NCBI GenBank assembly: GCA_035568115.1
Contig: DATMOP010000086.1
Coordinates: 31,279-95,278 of the forward strand
Direction of reading: 5' to 3'
DNA: 64,000 bases
Source: Candidatus Acidiferrum sp.
GTDB taxonomy: Bacteria; Acidobacteriota; Terriglobia; Terriglobales; Acidobacteriaceae
The position numbers were made by a program, and so were the translations under genes. Shown piece by piece: positions 60,095 through 64,000 of the stretch; positions within the stretch are counted from its first letter, which is position 1, and every line of letters begins with the position of its first letter. Below the pieces are notes generated by a model that made no database searches, was not told the origin of the DNA, and worked only from the letters and a program-made list of their open reading frames with translations.

Positions 60095-60783
60095 GCGACG
60101 CCTCGCGTCCCATCGCCGTTCTGGGAGGAACTGGGCCCGCAGGCATGGGCCTCGCTTTGCGTTGGGCGCGCGCCGGAGAAACCATCATCATCGGATCGCG
60201 AGACGCGCAGCGCGCGCAAGCGGCAGCCGACAAGATCAAACAGAGAGTCGGAAGTCAGGCTCGCATCTCCGGCATGGAAAATTCTGCCGCCTGCGCTGCC
60301 GCGGATCTTCTCGTGCTCACCGTTCCATTCGAAGGCCAGGCCACGCTGCTCAAAGAACTCAAGCCGGCGATTCGCCCCGGCAGCATTCTTATCGACGCCA
60401 CGGTTGCGCTTGCCGCCTCAGTCGGTGGACGCGCCTCACGCACCCTCGGCGTCTGGCAAGGTTCATCCGCGCAGCAAGCCGCCGAACTCGTTCCCAAGGG
60501 AGTGAGCGTGGCCGCGGCATTTCACAATCTATCGGCCGAACTTCTTAACGGAGACGAACCTCTCGACTGCGACGTCATCATTTGCAGCGACGATGCTAAC
60601 GCCGCTCAGCTCACGCGCGCACTTGCCGCCAAGATTCCCGGCGTCCGCGCCATCGACGGCGGCAAACTGGAAAACGCCCGAACCCTCGAGCAGATTACCG
60701 CCCTGCTCATTGGCCTCAACATCCGCCACAAAGGCCACGCCGGAATCCGCATCACCGGCCTGCCGCCGGAGGCATATCGTTAG
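60091..60783 (+). CDS. npdG: NADPH-dependent F420 reductase
   Basis: IAVLGGTGPAGMGLALRWARAGETIIIGSRD. ATGA coupling to cofH. Confidence 0.85.
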   Translation: MSDASRPIAVLGGTGPAGMGLALRWARAGETIIIGSRDAQRAQAAADKIKQRVGSQARISGMENSAACAAADLLVLTVPFEGQATLLKELKPAIRPGSILIDATVALAASVGGRASRTLGVWQGSSAQQAAELVPKGVSVAAAFHNLSAELLNGDEPLDCDVIICSDDANAAQLTRALAAKIPGVRAIDGGKLENARTLEQITALLIGLNIRHKGHAGIRITGLPPEAYR

Positions 60784-60795
60784 ACTTCCCGCGTC

Positions 60796-62508
60796 TTATT
60801 GCGTCTCTCCGATCCACGCCCCGAACGCCTCGACCGAAAGCTTGCTGGGATCCACCTCGCCGGGCGCGCCAAATGACGACAGGAGTGTCTTCGCCGCTTT
60901 TGCCGGCACGCCCTTTGCAGCCAGATTGAGATTCACGGTCTGCGCTACGTCGCTCATATTCAGCACGACGAGAACGTTCTCGCCCTTATAGCTGCGCACA
61001 TAAGACAGCACGTTCGCATCTTCTTCATCCAGCGCCACGTACTTGCCCTCCAGCAGCGCTTTGTTCGTATGCCGCATAGACAGCAGCTTGCGGTAGTAGT
61101 TCAAAATCGAATTTGTGTCGCGCTTCTCGCTCTCGACGTTGTAGCTTTTGTAACGCTCATCCACCGGCAGCCACGGAGTCGCGGAGCTAAATCCCGCATT
61201 GGCTTTCGTGTTCCACTGCATCGGAGTGCGTTCGCCGTCGCGGCCTTTTTCTTTGGGCCAGCCCAGCCTCCCCATCGAATCCTTCACGTCTTCGGGACGT
61301 TTGGGATCGTTGTTCTCCATTCCAATCTCTTCGCCGTAGTACATGACGGCGGTGCCGCACAGCGTCAGGTACAGCGACGCCATCAGTTTCGCGATCTGGT
61401 CGTTGTGTTTCCCGTCGCCGTAGCGGTCATACACGCGCCGAATGTCGTGGTTGCTGAGCACATAGACGGGCCACTCGCCAGAGGCGTCCACCCAATTTAT
61501 TTGCTTTCGGAAGTCGGCCGGCGAGAGTTTGTTCACAGTCGTGAACATGAAATCCATGGGCATGTTCACTTCGTCGTTATGTTTGCCGTAGTAGCGTTTG
61601 AGTTGGTCGATGTCACTGGTCCAGGTTTCGCCAATCAGCACGGCGTTGTATTCGTCCGCAACTTTTCGCAGGCGTTGCAACACTCCATGCAGCTCGGACT
61701 GGTTCTTGTCGTTGATTTCCCGCTCCACGGGATCACCAAACGCGTTCGTTTCAGTTCCGACCACGGGGTTGTCGCGCAATTGCGAATCCACAAACATCAC
61801 GTCGACCGCATCCAGACGAAACCCAGCGACGCCGCGCTTATACCACCAGCGCGTCACATCGAACATATTCTTTTCCACCTCGGGATTGCGCCAGTTCAAG
61901 TTGGGCTGTGGCGGATAGAAATAGTGGTAATACCACTGTGTAGTGGCGGCGTCGTACTTCCACGCGGAACCTCCAAAAAGCGAAGTCCAATTGTTCGGAG
62001 GCTGTTTCGCGCCTTTCCCGTCACTCTTTCCGTCGTGCCAGATGTACCAATCCCGCTTGGGATTACTGCGTGAAGACTTCGCCTCCTGAAACCATCTGTT
62101 TTGATCGGAGGTATAGGTGAGAACAAAGTCGAGCAGCACACGAATGTTGCGCTGCTTGCCCTGGGCCAGCAATTCGTCCATGTCCTTCAGCGTGCCGTAC
62201 TCGGGATTGACATTGTAGTAGTCCGAAACGTCATAGCCCCAATCCACCTGCGGTGACGGGAACATGGGTGCAATCCAAATCGCATCCACTCCCAGCCAGC
62301 GCAGATAGTCGAGCTTCGAGGTGATGCCGGGAATGTCGCCGATGCCGTCATGGTTGCTGTCGGCAAAACTGCGAGGATAAATCTCATAGAAGACCGCGTG
62401 CTGCCACCAACCGTGCCCCTCGGCGTCAACGGCATTCTTTTGAGCAACGGCGGGCGACACCAATACTGCGAATAGTAAGACTGCCAGGGTCAGGGGACGC
62501 TCCCGCAT
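60796..62508 (-). CDS. Secreted GH13 alpha-amylase-family enzyme (oligo-1,6-glucosidase / alpha-glucosidase-like)
   Basis: WWQHAVFYEIYPRSFADSNHDGIGDIPGITSKLDYLRWLGVDAIWIAPMF, GFRLDAVD and GETW are GH13 regions I-III. A signal peptide is present. Confidence 0.9.
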   Translation of the reverse strand: MRERPLTLAVLLFAVLVSPAVAQKNAVDAEGHGWWQHAVFYEIYPRSFADSNHDGIGDIPGITSKLDYLRWLGVDAIWIAPMFPSPQVDWGYDVSDYYNVNPEYGTLKDMDELLAQGKQRNIRVLLDFVLTYTSDQNRWFQEAKSSRSNPKRDWYIWHDGKSDGKGAKQPPNNWTSLFGGSAWKYDAATTQWYYHYFYPPQPNLNWRNPEVEKNMFDVTRWWYKRGVAGFRLDAVDVMFVDSQLRDNPVVGTETNAFGDPVEREINDKNQSELHGVLQRLRKVADEYNAVLIGETWTSDIDQLKRYYGKHNDEVNMPMDFMFTTVNKLSPADFRKQINWVDASGEWPVYVLSNHDIRRVYDRYGDGKHNDQIAKLMASLYLTLCGTAVMYYGEEIGMENNDPKRPEDVKDSMGRLGWPKEKGRDGERTPMQWNTKANAGFSSATPWLPVDERYKSYNVESEKRDTNSILNYYRKLLSMRHTNKALLEGKYVALDEEDANVLSYVRSYKGENVLVVLNMSDVAQTVNLNLAAKGVPAKAAKTLLSSFGAPGEVDPSKLSVEAFGAWIGETQ

Positions 62509-62559
62509 CTCTTCTCTCCTCGCTATACTATTGAAACAGTATGAAAGAGCCCGGCAGGT

Positions 62560-63915
62560 CTAGTCTTCTACCGCCTGGGCCGTCATCTCCGAAGGCTCGC
62601 CCCCGGCGGCTGCCTGGGCCACAATCAAACGCCTCGCTTCCACGCGGATTTTCGGAAGCTGCAGTCCGAACCAGCCGGCACCCGCCAGCGAGGCCACGCC
62701 TCCGATTGCCACGGTCACCGGCGCACCCAGATGTTCCGCCAGCGCGCCGCCCAGCAGCGCTCCTATCGGAGCCATGCCCATGAACATCATCGAATAGACG
62801 GCCATCACGCGCCCTCGCAGCGCATCTGGAACCATCACCTGGATCAGCGTATTCGAGCACGCCATCTGCAGCATGATCGTGTAACCCACAGGCAGCAGCA
62901 GAATCACTGAAATCCAGAATGTGTGAGATATCGCAAACACCACCAGACTCGCCCCAAAACCCGCGCTGCACCATGCCACCCAGCGCCCCAGTCCCTTCAC
63001 TCCTTCGCGGAACGCCAAGGTCAGCGCCCCCAGCAATGCGCCCACGCCAGTAGCGCCCATCAGCATGCCCAGGCCCCTCGCCCCGCCGTGTAGAATCTGG
63101 TCGGCAAAAATTGGCATCAGCACAACGTAGGGCATGCCCACCAGGCTTACCACTCCCAACAGCAGCAGCAGCGCCCGGATCGGCGCCGTCTCGTTAACAA
63201 AGCGGAACCCCTCCATCATGTGTTCAAAAGGCGACGCCTGCGATGCTCGCGCGGGGCTGTGCACCCTCATCATCAGCAATCCAATGATGACGGCGACATA
63301 GCTGACCGCATTGGCAAAGAAACACCAGCCTTCGCCAATTTTCGCCACCAGTATCCCCGCGATGGCCGGACCGATCACGCGCGCGCCATTGAACATGGAG
63401 GAATTCAGGGCGATGGCGTTCATCAGATCTTCCTTGCCCACCATATCCACCAGAAACGATTGCCGGCCAGGAATATCGAACGCATTCACCACGCCCAGCA
63501 ACGCCGCCAGAATAAACACATGCCAGACCTGAATCTTGTGGAGCAGAGTAAGCGCCGCCAAAATGAATGCCAGCAGCATCGCCGCAACCTGCGTACCGAT
63601 TACGATGTGGCGGCGGTTAACGCGATCGGCCGTGATCCCGCCCAATGGCGCAAACAGAAACACGGGGATCTGGCTGGCGAACCCCACTGATCCCAGCAGC
63701 AACGCCGAGCCAGTCAGCCGATAAACCAGCCACGATTGCGCCACGCTCTGCATCCATGTGCCCACCAGGGAAATCAATTGCCCGCTGAAGAAGAGCTGGA
63801 AGTTACGGTGGCGCAGAGCCCGCCACGCTGCTTGCCACCGGGATCCGCGCCGGGAAGCCGCTTCCGCACCACTCACCGCCGCACTATCCTGGATTGGGAT
63901 TCTCGATTCAGACAC
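62560..63915 (-). CDS. MFS transporter (EntS/MFS_3-like, 12 TM)
   Basis: FFSGQLISLVGTWMQSVAQSWLVYRLTGS...GGITADRVNRR is typical of this MFS subgroup. Confidence 0.85.
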   Translation of the reverse strand: MSESRIPIQDSAAVSGAEAASRRGSRWQAAWRALRHRNFQLFFSGQLISLVGTWMQSVAQSWLVYRLTGSALLLGSVGFASQIPVFLFAPLGGITADRVNRRHIVIGTQVAAMLLAFILAALTLLHKIQVWHVFILAALLGVVNAFDIPGRQSFLVDMVGKEDLMNAIALNSSMFNGARVIGPAIAGILVAKIGEGWCFFANAVSYVAVIIGLLMMRVHSPARASQASPFEHMMEGFRFVNETAPIRALLLLLGVVSLVGMPYVVLMPIFADQILHGGARGLGMLMGATGVGALLGALTLAFREGVKGLGRWVAWCSAGFGASLVVFAISHTFWISVILLLPVGYTIMLQMACSNTLIQVMVPDALRGRVMAVYSMMFMGMAPIGALLGGALAEHLGAPVTVAIGGVASLAGAGWFGLQLPKIRVEARRLIVAQAAAGGEPSEMTAQAVED

Positions 63916-64000
63916 GTTCGCTTCTTTGGATGATGAGATCCACTCTCTGGACCAGGGAGCGCTATTTTGAAATCGGCCGCATCGTTCGCACCAAGTAGAG

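Noticed and set aside
63916-64000. Possible 3' end of another minus-strand gene at the right edge
   Set aside because: Only about 12 codons before a TAG are visible, which is too short to support a call.

Overview
This is a 64-kb bacterial chromosomal window of roughly 60% GC (judged by eye). The gene content suggests a soil Acidobacteriota-type genome, which is inference only: a CarboxypepD_reg-type TonB-dependent receptor, a Hanks kinase fused to TolB-like propellers, a BlaI/M56 pair, a CheB-CheR-PAS fusion, YVTN/LVIVD propellers and several tiny membrane proteins. I call about 60 CDS, 2 tRNAs (His-GTG, Pro-TGG), one gene broken by an in-frame TGA, one insertion element, a few terminators and promoter/operator candidates, and a family of heptamer tandem repeats. 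Main blocks, left to right: an IS1-like insertion (254-1792); blaI/M56; cheBR-PAS; a membrane-anchored NACHT-pentapeptide NTPase next to tRNA-His; ugd-like, STK and STAS genes; tRNA-Pro; propeller proteins; an envelope/small-membrane-protein cluster (DUF3309, Q-rich secreted protein, OmpA); a GH130+GT4 pair; a lower-GC regulatory mini-locus (27.4-30.9 kb) with two mini zinc-finger paralogs, Crp, a receiver plus pseudo-receiver and a shared 17-nt upstream motif; a 7-gene 2-oxoacid-dehydrogenase operon with an embedded M24 hydrolase; a TonB receptor; housekeeping genes (dctA, SDR, Nudix, ABC-F, bactofilin, msrB); a complete F420 biosynthesis cluster (cofG-D-C-E-H plus npdG); and GH13 and MFS genes. 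The best candidates for something new are: (1) the TM-NACHT-pentapeptide STAND protein as a possible single-gene immune sensor; (2) the 27.4-30.9 kb mini-locus and its motif regulon; (3) the DDE-less IS1-like element with a clean 8-bp target duplication carrying DUF2158 passengers; and (4) the M24-containing dehydrogenase operon. No CRISPR array, rRNA, integrase or recognised defense operon was seen. All family assignments come from motif recognition by eye, not from searches.
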